From the sequence record OR836606.1: a stretch of 64,000 bases of DNA; one strand, written 5' to 3'. A program made the position numbers and the translations under genes. The notes below the pieces were generated by a model. It worked only from the letters and a program-made list of their open reading frames with translations. It was not told the DNA's origin and made no database searches. Positions 46,677-57,315 of this stretch are shown piece after piece (the first letter of the stretch is position 1; the number at the start of each line of letters is the position of its first letter).

Positions 46677-47951
46677 TTAGGTATTGGGATTATTTTTATC
46701 GTTCTTAATAAATGTGTGATCAGTTATCTTTCTTAATGTAATATAATTTGATAAGACTAAGGCTTTATTTGCATTTTTATATTCTTGATTTATTGATAAT
46801 AATTCATAAAAACCGTTATAGTGTTTATAATATTCATTAAAGAATTCTATATCAAATTGCTTGAAAGTATCTTCCATAGTTAAATCAATATCATTTAATT
46901 GTATCTTTAATATTATATCTTTACTATTATTAAATTCTTTCTCTAAACTATAAGGATTATCATAAATATCATCATATACTTTAACTTTATTAATATGTCC
47001 ATTTCTATCTTCCATATCTCGGCGATATGTATTTAATTTAGTATATTCTGTTTCATTACTCATTCCAAATAAGTTAATTTCTGAACCAATTAGTTCATTA
47101 AATAGCCTTGTATTATCTACTAAAGATACATTATTAATTTTTGTTATTATATTTTTATTTCTAACTAAGTCATTTTCTTCAGATATTTGCTCGTAAGAAC
47201 CTTCTATAATTTCCTCATTAGTCTGATTTGAAGGGAATCTTATTTCTATTTTAACTTTACCTATTTCATTAGGATCAAATCCAGACATTGGTAAAATGTT
47301 CAGTCCTGTCTCATGATTAAACATCTTAATTTCTCTATTATATATGCCATATACGTCATCAATGAATTTTATATTATCATATACATTTGCAGGAAGCAGT
47401 ATAATCTGTTCGTATATTTTATTATTATCTATCTCGTGCAAGTATATTTTTCTATTTTTTAAATTACTTAGTAAATCAACAACCACTTCACTAACAGTAC
47501 AATTATTATAGATACCTGAAACTATAGGTTTGTTAGTTTTTAAAGTTTCTTCAGATATAGCAACTAATTCATATCTATCAAATAAATGTTTTTGATCTTC
47601 ATCAGTTCTAGTTACTCTATCATCATAATTAACTGGATTACTTAGATCCATTAACGGTTTTAGTATTATTTCTTCGTAAAAAGGAACGGATAAACTTTCG
47701 CTTTCAGAATCAGTAGTAATCATATCTGAAGCAAAAGAAAATACCACTTTATCTCTATCTTTATTAATTTTAATTATAGTTTCTTTAGGTAATCTTAATA
47801 TAAATCTATAGTATGGCATAATATATTCTTGGAAATTCATTTCTATTCTAGATCTTTTAATAAATTGAGATAAGTCATCAGTAGTTCCATCTGAATATAA
47901 TGCTATCAATTTTATATTAAATATTTTTTTGGTAATCAAGCTTTCTATCAA
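46677..47951 (-). CDS. Putative tail/baseplate hub-like late protein (424 aa)
   Basis: Late promoter at 47987-47998; function is a guess from context. Confidence 0.4.
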   Translation of the reverse strand: MIESLITKKIFNIKLIALYSDGTTDDLSQFIKRSRIEMNFQEYIMPYYRFILRLPKETIIKINKDRDKVVFSFASDMITTDSESESLSVPFYEEIILKPLMDLSNPVNYDDRVTRTDEDQKHLFDRYELVAISEETLKTNKPIVSGIYNNCTVSEVVVDLLSNLKNRKIYLHEIDNNKIYEQIILLPANVYDNIKFIDDVYGIYNREIKMFNHETGLNILPMSGFDPNEIGKVKIEIRFPSNQTNEEIIEGSYEQISEENDLVRNKNIITKINNVSLVDNTRLFNELIGSEINLFGMSNETEYTKLNTYRRDMEDRNGHINKVKVYDDIYDNPYSLEKEFNNSKDIILKIQLNDIDLTMEDTFKQFDIEFFNEYYKHYNGFYELLSINQEYKNANKALVLSNYITLRKITDHTFIKNDKNNPNT

Positions 47952-48057
47952 TTTTTAATTCACCGACTTCCCGATACTTATTATTATAAGTGAATGTTAC
48001 TAGGTAATATCAATTTTTATAAAATTACAAATTAATATATAATTATATATTATAACA

Positions 48058-49218
48058 ATGAAAGGATGTGAAATGCATATGGATATTAGTATAATAGAAC
48101 GTATAATAAACTCTAAAAAATTAAATTATAATAAAATGACTGAATTAGTTAGACCTTATGTAGAAGGAGGTAGATTTGGTAGTAACACTAAAAATGATAA
48201 TGTAACTATATATGTAGACTTAAATTCAGTTATTAAACAATTATATTCACCTCAAATTGCTGAAAGTTTTACACATGTGAAAACTAAAGATAGACTAAAT
48301 TTAGTTGTCGAATTAGTTAATATAATAGGTCATTATCGTCATTTCTTTGCTAGTAGATTAAATATGCATAGCAGATTCTTCTTATTCTATTCAGATAAAG
48401 AGTCTATATATCATACTAACATTGATAAAGATTATAAAAAAGAATATTATAAAAAAATGAATAAAGATAATATAACTTACAGAGATGTTAATAAGACTAT
48501 TAAATCGACTTTAGAATTAGTTAAAACGATAGTTAAATATATACCTAACGCATATTTTATAGATACGTATAAAATAGAGCCGACTATATTACCTTATTAT
48601 ATTTTATCTAAAACTAATATTGAAAACAATGATGATTATTCATTAATAGTTAGTAATGATAAAATATACAGACAGCTATTAAAATATAAAGATAGATTAT
48701 TACTATTAGAACTACGTGGTTCAGAGAAAAGTAAAGTAATAACTAAAGAGAATATTAAAGATGAATTATTTAGTTCTAATACTAAAAAAGATATTAACGA
48801 TTTTGTTAATATAGATTACAATATATTAGATTTATATAACTTATTTATGGAACATAAAGATCAAGAATATAAATCAATTCCAAGTTATGGACCTGTATCG
48901 ACTGTGAAATTATTAGATAAAATGATATCTGATTTAAAATTATCTCCTTTAAAAGAATATAATAATGAATCGTCTCTAAGAAAACTATTTGAAAATGAAA
49001 TAAAAGAAGAAAAATTAGAAGAATTAATTAATAGATTTAAATTATTCAATCACCCTCATATAGTTGATGAAATTGATGGAAGTAAAATTCAAAATATATT
49101 ATCATCTCAAATAATAGATTTTAATGACCCTAATGAAATTAAAAGACTTAATGAAGAAATATTTGAAAGAACTTACATTAACATAGATTATTTATTTGAA
49201 GGAGAACTAAATCGATAA
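48058..49218 (+). CDS. 5'-3' exonuclease/T4 RNase H (FEN-like) family protein
   Basis: IYVDLNS, IVSNDK and H3TH-like SIPSYGPVSTVKLL. Confidence 0.55.
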   Translation: MKGCEMHMDISIIERIINSKKLNYNKMTELVRPYVEGGRFGSNTKNDNVTIYVDLNSVIKQLYSPQIAESFTHVKTKDRLNLVVELVNIIGHYRHFFASRLNMHSRFFLFYSDKESIYHTNIDKDYKKEYYKKMNKDNITYRDVNKTIKSTLELVKTIVKYIPNAYFIDTYKIEPTILPYYILSKTNIENNDDYSLIVSNDKIYRQLLKYKDRLLLLELRGSEKSKVITKENIKDELFSSNTKKDINDFVNIDYNILDLYNLFMEHKDQEYKSIPSYGPVSTVKLLDKMISDLKLSPLKEYNNESSLRKLFENEIKEEKLEELINRFKLFNHPHIVDEIDGSKIQNILSSQIIDFNDPNEIKRLNEEIFERTYINIDYLFEGELNR

Positions 49219-49300
49219 AATTTTCTATGATCCGAAAAAAAAAATATACCCATACACTCATTAATATAGAGTGTATGGGTATATTTTTAATATTTTTTTT

Positions 49301-51034
49301 TTAGTATTGAGAAATAAATTGTGATACTTCAGAGATAAAGTATTTTTTATCGATATCCGCAATAATTTCTTCATCTTCTTCTTTATCTTCAGGAGTAAAG
49401 CTAAATGAATAACCATTTACTAATGCTATACGTAAGATAAAGTTATCTTTTTCAGTAATATCATTAATAAATCTATATTTATCCCAAGCAGCAATATAAT
49501 ATTTATCTGCAATTACATCTAATGACAATTTACCTACATTTTTAGCTTTTGTGCCCGAAACAACTTTACTTGCTACTATTTTTCCTAAAGTTTCCATATT
49601 ATTTTCAATAAGTTCTTTAGACATAATAGCTAGTAATGAAACAATGCTCTTTCTATCATTTGTATTAACGTTAAAGTATTCAGCAAAATAAACTTTAATT
49701 AAATGAGATTGTAAATCATTAATATAATCAAATTTATCATATAAACGATTAATGTAATCATCACTAATATTTAATTCTCTTAAACGTTCATTAATAAATC
49801 TATCAATAGTAATTTTATTGGCTAAATCTAAACGTTCATTAACTTTATGGAAGTTATTCATTTGGAATTTATCAAAACTATCTTCATCATCGTCATCATC
49901 TGTAGATAAACGTATTGATCTAAACTTAATTGGATATTTATATTGAAATTCATAATCGATTGAGAATTTAATAACAGAAGTAAAATAAGATACTGCAGAA
50001 GTATCTACCAATAATTTACATACAATTTGTCGAATGATTTTGTCCATTATTTTATTGATAACAGTATCAGGGTCAATTGAACGTAAATCTAAAAATCTCC
50101 AAATAACTCTATCGTTGTATTTTGTTTTGATTACTTTAGGTTCTACAATCTTATAAAGCTTATTGTTATTACTTACATTGTAATCAAATGAAGAAATACA
50201 CATACAATAATTAAATGCCTTAAAGTAACCATTTTTAGTTCTTTCCTTATCTGCATCTGAATTCTCACAATGATATTTATTAGTAATCACATAATATTGA
50301 CTAATAAATGGGATAATAAATCTTTGCATTACAGCTGCAAATAAAAATGATTTATTTACTTGGTCAGTTACTTGTAAATCTCTCTTAATAACTTTTTTAC
50401 TTTGTAATATAGCTTCAGCATTAGTCTGGTCTAAATTAATTGTATAATTATTATCAACAATATTTCTAATAATATTTCTTAAATCTTCATCTTCAATAAT
50501 ATTCTGAATATCTTTAAAGAAATCATTTTCTTCATAATTTTCTTTTAATTTAGCTATTTTACTTAATATAGTCGCACCTTTAATCATTATATGAGGAATC
50601 TCATTAACTATAAAATTCATATCATTTACAATATAATCTAAAATACTTTTGTAAGATCTTTGTTTAATTTGAATAGTGAATATAGTATCGAAATCTTTAT
50701 CTTTAGATACTTTACGATTATCAGTTTCTAATATTTTATTGAAGTCTATAAATATAGTATCATTCTTTTCACTTTCAATAAATTTAACTAATGGAAGAAT
50801 ATCTTTCCTTTGTATGTACTCTAATTCAATTTTACCATTTTTATTTTTTCTTTCAAGTGTATCTAGATCTTTAGAATTAATGTATTTATTAGTTAAATCA
50901 AAATTACCAGAAACTCTTTTAAGCTTATTAACATTACTAGATAATAATGGTACTTCTACGTTATTATTAACTAATTTATCAATATTTTTTAAATCTAAAC
51001 CCTCTTTGCGCTCTAATTCTTTAACTTTATTCAA
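49301..51034 (-). CDS. Hypothetical protein; candidate non-virion RNAP promoter-specificity (sigma-like) subunit
   Basis: Early-type promoter at 51092-51106. It lies two genes from the chaperonin, matching the recalled AR9 gp228-gp227-gp226 order. No alignment performed. Confidence 0.35.
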   Translation of the reverse strand: MNKVKELERKEGLDLKNIDKLVNNNVEVPLLSSNVNKLKRVSGNFDLTNKYINSKDLDTLERKNKNGKIELEYIQRKDILPLVKFIESEKNDTIFIDFNKILETDNRKVSKDKDFDTIFTIQIKQRSYKSILDYIVNDMNFIVNEIPHIMIKGATILSKIAKLKENYEENDFFKDIQNIIEDEDLRNIIRNIVDNNYTINLDQTNAEAILQSKKVIKRDLQVTDQVNKSFLFAAVMQRFIIPFISQYYVITNKYHCENSDADKERTKNGYFKAFNYCMCISSFDYNVSNNNKLYKIVEPKVIKTKYNDRVIWRFLDLRSIDPDTVINKIMDKIIRQIVCKLLVDTSAVSYFTSVIKFSIDYEFQYKYPIKFRSIRLSTDDDDDEDSFDKFQMNNFHKVNERLDLANKITIDRFINERLRELNISDDYINRLYDKFDYINDLQSHLIKVYFAEYFNVNTNDRKSIVSLLAIMSKELIENNMETLGKIVASKVVSGTKAKNVGKLSLDVIADKYYIAAWDKYRFINDITEKDNFILRIALVNGYSFSFTPEDKEEDEEIIADIDKKYFISEVSQFISQY

Positions 51035-51110
51035 TATCAGGCACTCTCCTTAAATAATAATTAAGATAAATAAATATTATTTATCATTTATATAATATAT
51101 ATTTAATAAA

Positions 51111-51884
51111 TCATTTTCTTCTTATAGAGTTAGTCTTCTTAACTTTTTTAACTTTGCCTATAGGTTTAACTTTTCTATTAATAGGTTTAGTTACTCTTTT
51201 CTTTTCTTCATTTCTTTTATCAATACGATTACTTATTTGCTTTTTAATACCTGATGAATTTTTCTTAGAAGAATTTTTTTGTTTTTTAATCTTATTATAT
51301 TCACGTAATTTTAATTCTGAAGATTTAAAAGAGCTTTTAATTCTTTGTCTATTAGGCAATGTTAAATGAAGTGGATTTTTTAATGCTTTAGGATTAGTTT
51401 CTAAATATAAAAGTGCAAAATAAACTGATTTCTCAAAACCGTATTCAAGTCTAGGGTTTCTAATTTCTGGAGGTTGATTCAAAGCTTTAGGGCCTAATTT
51501 ATAGCTTAACCAACTTATTAGCAAATCATCTTTATTATATAGATATCCATATGTAAACATAAAGTTAGGTGAATTACTAATAAATCTTATTAAGTAGTTA
51601 TTAAGATCTCTTGATTTAGCTACCTTTTCATTAGGCGGTCTAAATTCAATAATAACATCATACGATAAATTTTCTCTAAAATAGTCTTCTGAAGGTATTT
51701 GGAAATAGAAATAGTATTTATCTTGATACAGGAAGATTTTTAATTTAAAATTTCTTCTATTCTTTTTATAAAGATAAGAAAATCTAGTTCGCATATCTAA
51801 TATGATTCTATCACGTCTAGCTACTGTAGCTGAACCTTTTCCTGTAGGGTTTTTGAGAAATTGAGATGCTGTAAAATTAGTCAA
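51111..51884 (-). CDS. Hypothetical protein with basic C-terminal tail
   Basis: ORF with AGGAGG RBS. Confidence 0.8.
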   Translation of the reverse strand: MTNFTASQFLKNPTGKGSATVARRDRIILDMRTRFSYLYKKNRRNFKLKIFLYQDKYYFYFQIPSEDYFRENLSYDVIIEFRPPNEKVAKSRDLNNYLIRFISNSPNFMFTYGYLYNKDDLLISWLSYKLGPKALNQPPEIRNPRLEYGFEKSVYFALLYLETNPKALKNPLHLTLPNRQRIKSSFKSSELKLREYNKIKKQKNSSKKNSSGIKKQISNRIDKRNEEKKRVTKPINRKVKPIGKVKKVKKTNSIRRK

Positions 51885-52053
51885 TTGTGTATAAACCTCC
51901 TACTTAATATATTTTTAATTATAACAAAAAATTAGAAAAAATGCAAATAAAGAATTATAAAAATCTAAATTTATAAAAATAGTTATTAATTTAATATTAC
52001 TCACAAAAATAAGCCGAAACCATTATTAATCAAATGGTTTCGGCGATAAGCTT

Positions 52054-53805
52054 TTATTGTGGAATAATAACTGAATTAGTTAAGAATTGATTGCTTAGTG
52101 AAATCAATCCTATAATACTAATAGTTGTTTCTAATATTTTGATATCTGTTTCTACTGAGTTAATGATATCTGTATTATTATCATCTTCATATTCATTATT
52201 TTTAATATTCAATATAGCATCTTTATCTATACAAGTTTGAGTAATTGATTCAATTTCTCCCGGACTAAATCTATTAAAATTTTCTAATACTTTATGGTAA
52301 ACTTCCCTTGAAGATACATCAATTAAATCTAATGTTAAGTTATCTAAAGTACTTAAAACTTCTCTATTAATATTTTTAATAACTTTATTTACTGATAAGT
52401 TTCCTCCAGATACATAACCATATTCTAACGCAGATTTAGAAGCATGTACTGAATCTTCTACTAGATATAATCTAGAAGTTTTTTCTGCTTGAGAAGAACC
52501 ACCAACGTATAATTTAGCAATAGCATTATTTAAAGAATTTGCTCTTTTTTGTAAATCAGTAATAGATGTAATGGCTTGATCTGAATTCATATCTTTATAA
52601 TAAGTTATTTCATTATTAATTTCTGAAATTCTATCTTTAAGTTTTTGAGTACCGTTACCATAACCATTGATAATTTGCGTTTTAAAATTATCAATAATAA
52701 TTCTTTCAGCTCTACCGATCATATTTTCTTTAAATAATAGCCATTCTGGATTAGTTTCAGGAAGTTCTACAATAGACTCAATTTCTTTATAAAAATCTTC
52801 TTTTTCCATAGTTTTATCAATAATAGATCCACCTGTATAAATAGCTAAATCTTCTAATTTTTCTGGGTCATGATAATGAGAGCCAATAGATAATTCAAAG
52901 TCAGTTTCAACTGCTTTTAATGAACCATTGTTTCTATTAGCATATAAATTATTTTTAATATAGTCTTTAAACTCTTTAGAAAAAGATGGAGCAAAGAAAA
53001 TTAATCCTTGTCCTGAGAAAGGTTTAATTTTAGCAATAATATTTGATGTCCATTCAATATCTTCTTCAGTTAGTTTATCATTAACAACAACTACATAAGG
53101 TTTACTAAAATCAACTGAATGATCATCTTTATTATTAATTAATTTATTGTCCAATAATGCATGTGGGGTTTCAATACCTCTAGTTAAAGTATAATGATCT
53201 TCTTCATTATCAGAAACTTCAGGGAATATAAAACCTTTACTGCCAATTTTAGAGAAAATTTCGTAAACCATTTCCCCTAATTTTTCATCATTATTATTAG
53301 ATACTGTAGCGATATTTTTTAATTTATGGAAATTATTTTGATCGATTTTAGTGGATTTTGAAATCAACTCTTTAGAAATTAATTCTTTCATGTTATTTAA
53401 TGAATCTGAAATTTCTTTACGTGAATATCCGCCTAAATCGTCTTTTTCTTTTAGTCTTCTATTAATTTCTTTAAACATGGCTTGTGAGTTAATTACTGAT
53501 GAAGTTGATCCATCTCCCACTGATTTAACTAATGATAAAGATACTTCTTTAATGAAATTCAAAATAGCTGTAGCGATTGTATCTTGAAATCTAATATTTT
53601 TTAGAATATTATAACCATCTTTAGTTACATATCTACTAATACCATCATCAAAAATAGTTGTAGAACCAAAATATCCTAATGATTTCATTAAAGTATTTGA
53701 AATAGTATCAATAGTTAACTCAGCAATATCTTTATACGAATCTTCATCTACAATATTTGAAACTAATTTTTTCTTTTCTTTATTCTTATCTAACATTCCC
53801 TTCAA
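52054..53805 (-). CDS. groEL: Phage GroEL-like chaperonin
   Basis: VTKDGYNIL, VGDGSTSS (GDGTT variant), AKLYVGG, GYVSGG. Confidence 0.88.
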   Translation of the reverse strand: MKGMLDKNKEKKKLVSNIVDEDSYKDIAELTIDTISNTLMKSLGYFGSTTIFDDGISRYVTKDGYNILKNIRFQDTIATAILNFIKEVSLSLVKSVGDGSTSSVINSQAMFKEINRRLKEKDDLGGYSRKEISDSLNNMKELISKELISKSTKIDQNNFHKLKNIATVSNNNDEKLGEMVYEIFSKIGSKGFIFPEVSDNEEDHYTLTRGIETPHALLDNKLINNKDDHSVDFSKPYVVVVNDKLTEEDIEWTSNIIAKIKPFSGQGLIFFAPSFSKEFKDYIKNNLYANRNNGSLKAVETDFELSIGSHYHDPEKLEDLAIYTGGSIIDKTMEKEDFYKEIESIVELPETNPEWLLFKENMIGRAERIIIDNFKTQIINGYGNGTQKLKDRISEINNEITYYKDMNSDQAITSITDLQKRANSLNNAIAKLYVGGSSQAEKTSRLYLVEDSVHASKSALEYGYVSGGNLSVNKVIKNINREVLSTLDNLTLDLIDVSSREVYHKVLENFNRFSPGEIESITQTCIDKDAILNIKNNEYEDDNNTDIINSVETDIKILETTISIIGLISLSNQFLTNSVIIPQ

Positions 53806-53813
53806 ACCTCACT

Positions 53814-54107
53814 TTATACAATTGAAATTCTTATACTATTTTTGTTGTCTTCAAATTTTAAATTTTTCATATATGAAACTTTTTCTTTTAATTTTTCTTT
53901 ATCTTCTGTTTCTAAAATAATGTAATCAAATTCATTATAGTTTTTAGAAAATCCTTCTTTAATTTTATAATCTACGTCATATAAAAGATTTACAAACAAT
54001 AAACCTTTATCAGAATGGCATAGAGATGATAGAATATTTTCATCATCTTCAACAAGAGAATCATAAATATGAAGGATTTTCTGACTATCTTTAGTATTAG
54101 TAACCAA
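53814..54107 (-). CDS. Hypothetical protein (97 aa)
   Basis: AAGGAG RBS; directly upstream of the chaperonin. Confidence 0.7.
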   Translation of the reverse strand: MVTNTKDSQKILHIYDSLVEDDENILSSLCHSDKGLLFVNLLYDVDYKIKEGFSKNYNEFDYIILETEDKEKLKEKVSYMKNLKFEDNKNSIRISIV

Positions 54108-54133
54108 TCAATAGTCAGCTCCTTTCATTTTTT

Positions 54134-54430
54134 TTATCCACCAGGATTTAAGTGTCTCGGTAGTTCTACTTTAGGCATTCCATTATTAAAATCTCTTCTT
54201 TGAGCAGATTCTAATTTTTGTTGTTGCATACGTTTATTCTTCATTTCTTTTTCTTTAGCTTTAACCATAGAATTTAATATATTTAATTCCATATTAAGAA
54301 TTTCATTAAAAGATAAACGTCCTTCAAATAAATCAAGCAGATATGCTATATACGCTGCATCATCAAAGACCTTCTTTTTATACTGCTTGGAGTTGGTCGT
54401 TGTTACTAAACCAAATGCAGCGCTTCCCGA
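54134..54430 (-). CDS. Startless -1-frame ORF (98 aa), probable frameshift extension of the 492-aa protein
   Basis: Open from the stop preceding CTT TTT CGG to TAA at 54134-54136: SGSAAFGLVTT...AYLLDLFEGRLSFNEILNMELNIL...NPGG*. No usable start codon or RBS in the 5' half. Confidence 0.6.
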   Translation of the reverse strand, partial: SGSAAFGLVTTTNSKQYKKKVFDDAAYIAYLLDLFEGRLSFNEILNMELNILNSMVKAKEKEMKNKRMQQQKLESAQRRDFNNGMPKVELPRHLNPGG

Positions 54431-55884
54431 AAAAGCATTTCACTCATATCAATATCAATCTTACCTAGATCTTCTCCACAATTAGGACATTTTGCACCTT
54501 TAATTGCATATTCAATAGCATTTTTATTAACACGATCATAGATAGCATCAGTTAATTGATGTCCATCACGAATAGAAAGATTTTCAATAATTTTCATTTT
54601 ATCCTTCATATTGTCTTCATTTAATTTACGGAATTTAGGTTTTTTCCCTTCTTTAAGTGTTTTTAAATCAGGAATATAAACATTTTTAACATGCATTAAA
54701 GCTGTAGCATTTTGTTTGAATCTTTCCGATTCTTCTTCAGTTAGTCCATCCATATGAATACTGCCCAAAACTTTTAAGTGCTTTTCAACAGTAGGCGTTA
54801 CAATTTCAAAGATAATTTTAGAGTCTTTTAAAGCAATACGCTGTTCTGTGTAAATTAATGAATGTTTTTTATTTTCATCAATACTAGTGATATTTTTAAC
54901 ATTTTTAGTAACATGTTCGAAAACATCTTCATCTTTAAATGACATTAACTGATCATTAGAAATTTTAACGTCTTTTAATTCAGCTTTACAGCTACCACAT
55001 CTAATGTCAAATTTAGTTTCACCAGGGAATGAAATATTATATAATCCATATTCAATAGTACTAACATCGTATACGGAAGTCAATCTAGCAAAATCTTGGA
55101 AATTATTAATTCCTAATGAATTTGTATTCATTTTGTGGAAGTATAATTGATATCGTTTTAACATTGCATTGTAATCATCATCAATGGATTCTGCAATAGA
55201 TAAAATCTCTTGGTTACGTAAACTTTCCATATGAGCAATATAAGCTGATTGTGGTAATACAACTTGATGAGTTGCTTTACTATTTAATACGAAATTAGTA
55301 TTTTCTTTATCAATATCATAATCAATATCAGAAATAATTTCAATATTGTCTAAATCTACATTAATATTATTTAATAGATTAGCTCTTTCATCGCTACTAA
55401 TGTTTTCGATTTCTTTAATAATCTTTTGGTTCTCATATTCTTTTTTAGCTTTTTGTTCTTGTTGTTCTTCAAATTCAGATAATGTCATATTAGAAGTATC
55501 TTCTTCTGATTTTCCTTCATTAAAACCATAAGAAGTTAAATTTTCATAATCAATGAAACCTTCTGCTGGTTGTGGACCATCTAAATTGATATGATCTGTT
55601 TTAGCTTGTTCTTGTTCATTATCAACACTAGCACTCATCATAGTCTGATTGTCTTTATTTCTTTGAGTTGGAATCGCCGATTTACTATTTTGATTCTGTT
55701 TTTTACCTTGCTGTTTATTATTATTTCTTCTGCGATTGTTGTTTTTCTTTTTATTACCTTGATTGTTTTTATTATGTGGTTGTTTTTGTTTTCCATCATT
55801 ATTAGAAGAACCTTGATTAATTTCATTTAATTCTTCTTCAGACATAAAATCATTAAGTTCATTGTTATCTGCTTTTTTTACCAT
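54406..55884 (-). CDS. Baseplate hub assembly/tail assembly chaperone-like protein (T4 gp26/gp51-like) with long N-terminal low-complexity region
   Basis: CGSC and CPNC Zn-binding pairs; adjacent to a gp25-like gene. Confidence 0.55.
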   Translation of the reverse strand: MVKKADNNELNDFMSEEELNEINQGSSNNDGKQKQPHNKNNQGNKKKNNNRRRNNNKQQGKKQNQNSKSAIPTQRNKDNQTMMSASVDNEQEQAKTDHINLDGPQPAEGFIDYENLTSYGFNEGKSEEDTSNMTLSEFEEQQEQKAKKEYENQKIIKEIENISSDERANLLNNINVDLDNIEIISDIDYDIDKENTNFVLNSKATHQVVLPQSAYIAHMESLRNQEILSIAESIDDDYNAMLKRYQLYFHKMNTNSLGINNFQDFARLTSVYDVSTIEYGLYNISFPGETKFDIRCGSCKAELKDVKISNDQLMSFKDEDVFEHVTKNVKNITSIDENKKHSLIYTEQRIALKDSKIIFEIVTPTVEKHLKVLGSIHMDGLTEEESERFKQNATALMHVKNVYIPDLKTLKEGKKPKFRKLNEDNMKDKMKIIENLSIRDGHQLTDAIYDRVNKNAIEYAIKGAKCPNCGEDLGKIDIDMSEMLFREALHLV

Positions 55885-55926
55885 TTATCTATTTCTCCAT
55901 TCTTTTCTTTTATTATTTTTAAAGTC

Positions 55927-56328
55927 TTAGCTTAAGACAAGTTTAGTTACCATTTTCTTAGTTAATATATTAGCTGCAAATATATAAGAAAATCTTTGTA
56001 TATTAGATATGTCAATAGTATCTGACAATGTAACATCGATTTTTAAACTATTTAAATTTGCATTACTATTTTTTAATTGTGTTACTTTAACTTCTATATT
56101 AACAGAAGAAGATACTATATATTGACTTATCTGATTATTGATATTACTAGTGATATCGGATATAGTTTCGTTATCTAATATTTCAAATAAATAATCTTCG
56201 ATTCCCACTCCTAAATTTGGAGTATTAGGATAAGTTCCTTTTTTCATTATAATAAGATTTTGTACAGTCTGACCCATAGCTTCCATATCTTCTAACATAT
56301 GTTGACGATTATAAATATTTTGAGCCAT
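55927..56328 (-). CDS. Baseplate wedge protein, gp25/GPW-like
   Basis: KGTYPNTPNLGVGIEDYLFE signature. Confidence 0.75.
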   Translation of the reverse strand: MAQNIYNRQHMLEDMEAMGQTVQNLIIMKKGTYPNTPNLGVGIEDYLFEILDNETISDITSNINNQISQYIVSSSVNIEVKVTQLKNSNANLNSLKIDVTLSDTIDISNIQRFSYIFAANILTKKMVTKLVLS

Positions 56329-56507
56329 AAATATTTCATTTCTAAAATGTTTCTTTATATTAGCGATTAGCTATCACCAACTTTCAATTAATATACTATA
56401 TAATATTATATTTATAAATAAATATCTTCTTAATTTTTTATAACAAAACAATAGAAACAAGCATTTATACTTAAATAATGATAATGAAAGAACGGTGAAA
56501 ACTAATA

Positions 56508-57239
56508 ATGGCTACAAAATATCATAAATGTCCATTCTGTAAAAAGAAATATGTAGATAAAAAAGGTCTTTATAATCATATGGAAAAATTTCATGAAAAA
56601 GAATTAGGAAATTTATCCGCAGCCAATGTATATTTTAATTATAGAAATAAAAAAACTCATGGTACATGTATTATATGCGGTAAACCTACTAAATTTAATG
56701 AACAAACTGAAAAGTATGAGCGTGTGCATGATAAAGTTTGTAAAGATAAATATAGACAACAATTTAAGGATAGAATGAATAAAAAGTATGGTAAAACAAC
56801 TCTTTTAAATGATCCAGAAATGCAAAATAAAATGTTAGAAAATAGAAGAATTTCAGGTAAATATCATTGGAGCTCTGGTAAAGGTTTACCTACTCAATAT
56901 GTAGGTTCTTATGAAAAAGACTTTTTAGAATTCTTAGATAAACAAATGGATTTTAAATCTAATAATGTATTATCTCCTTCTAATATAGCTATTCCTTATA
57001 CATTTGCTAATAAGAAACATTTCTACATGCCTGATTTTTACCTTCCCGACTTTAATTTATTAATAGAGATTAAAGGTAAAAATAATCATTATCAAAAACG
57101 TGATGAATTAAAAGAGAAGAAAAAAGATGAAGCGGCTTATAATTCTCAATATAATTACATTAAAATTGTAGATAAGAAATATAATGAATTTATAAGATTA
57201 ATTGATGAATTAAGAGAATCTGATGGGATTAAATCATAA
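56508..57239 (+). CDS. Zn-finger plus PD-(D/E)xK (TnsA-N/gp4-like) endonuclease
   Basis: C2H2 CPFC...HMEKFH, CIIC, YVGSYE and YMPDFYLPDFNLLIEIKG. Confidence 0.7.
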   Translation: MATKYHKCPFCKKKYVDKKGLYNHMEKFHEKELGNLSAANVYFNYRNKKTHGTCIICGKPTKFNEQTEKYERVHDKVCKDKYRQQFKDRMNKKYGKTTLLNDPEMQNKMLENRRISGKYHWSSGKGLPTQYVGSYEKDFLEFLDKQMDFKSNNVLSPSNIAIPYTFANKKHFYMPDFYLPDFNLLIEIKGKNNHYQKRDELKEKKKDEAAYNSQYNYIKIVDKKYNEFIRLIDELRESDGIKS

Positions 57240-57315
57240 TTTATAACAAATTTTTCTAAAAAATATAGAAAACCAAATAGTATTAGATAATAAAATTTGG
57301 AGGCGTTTTCTAGTT

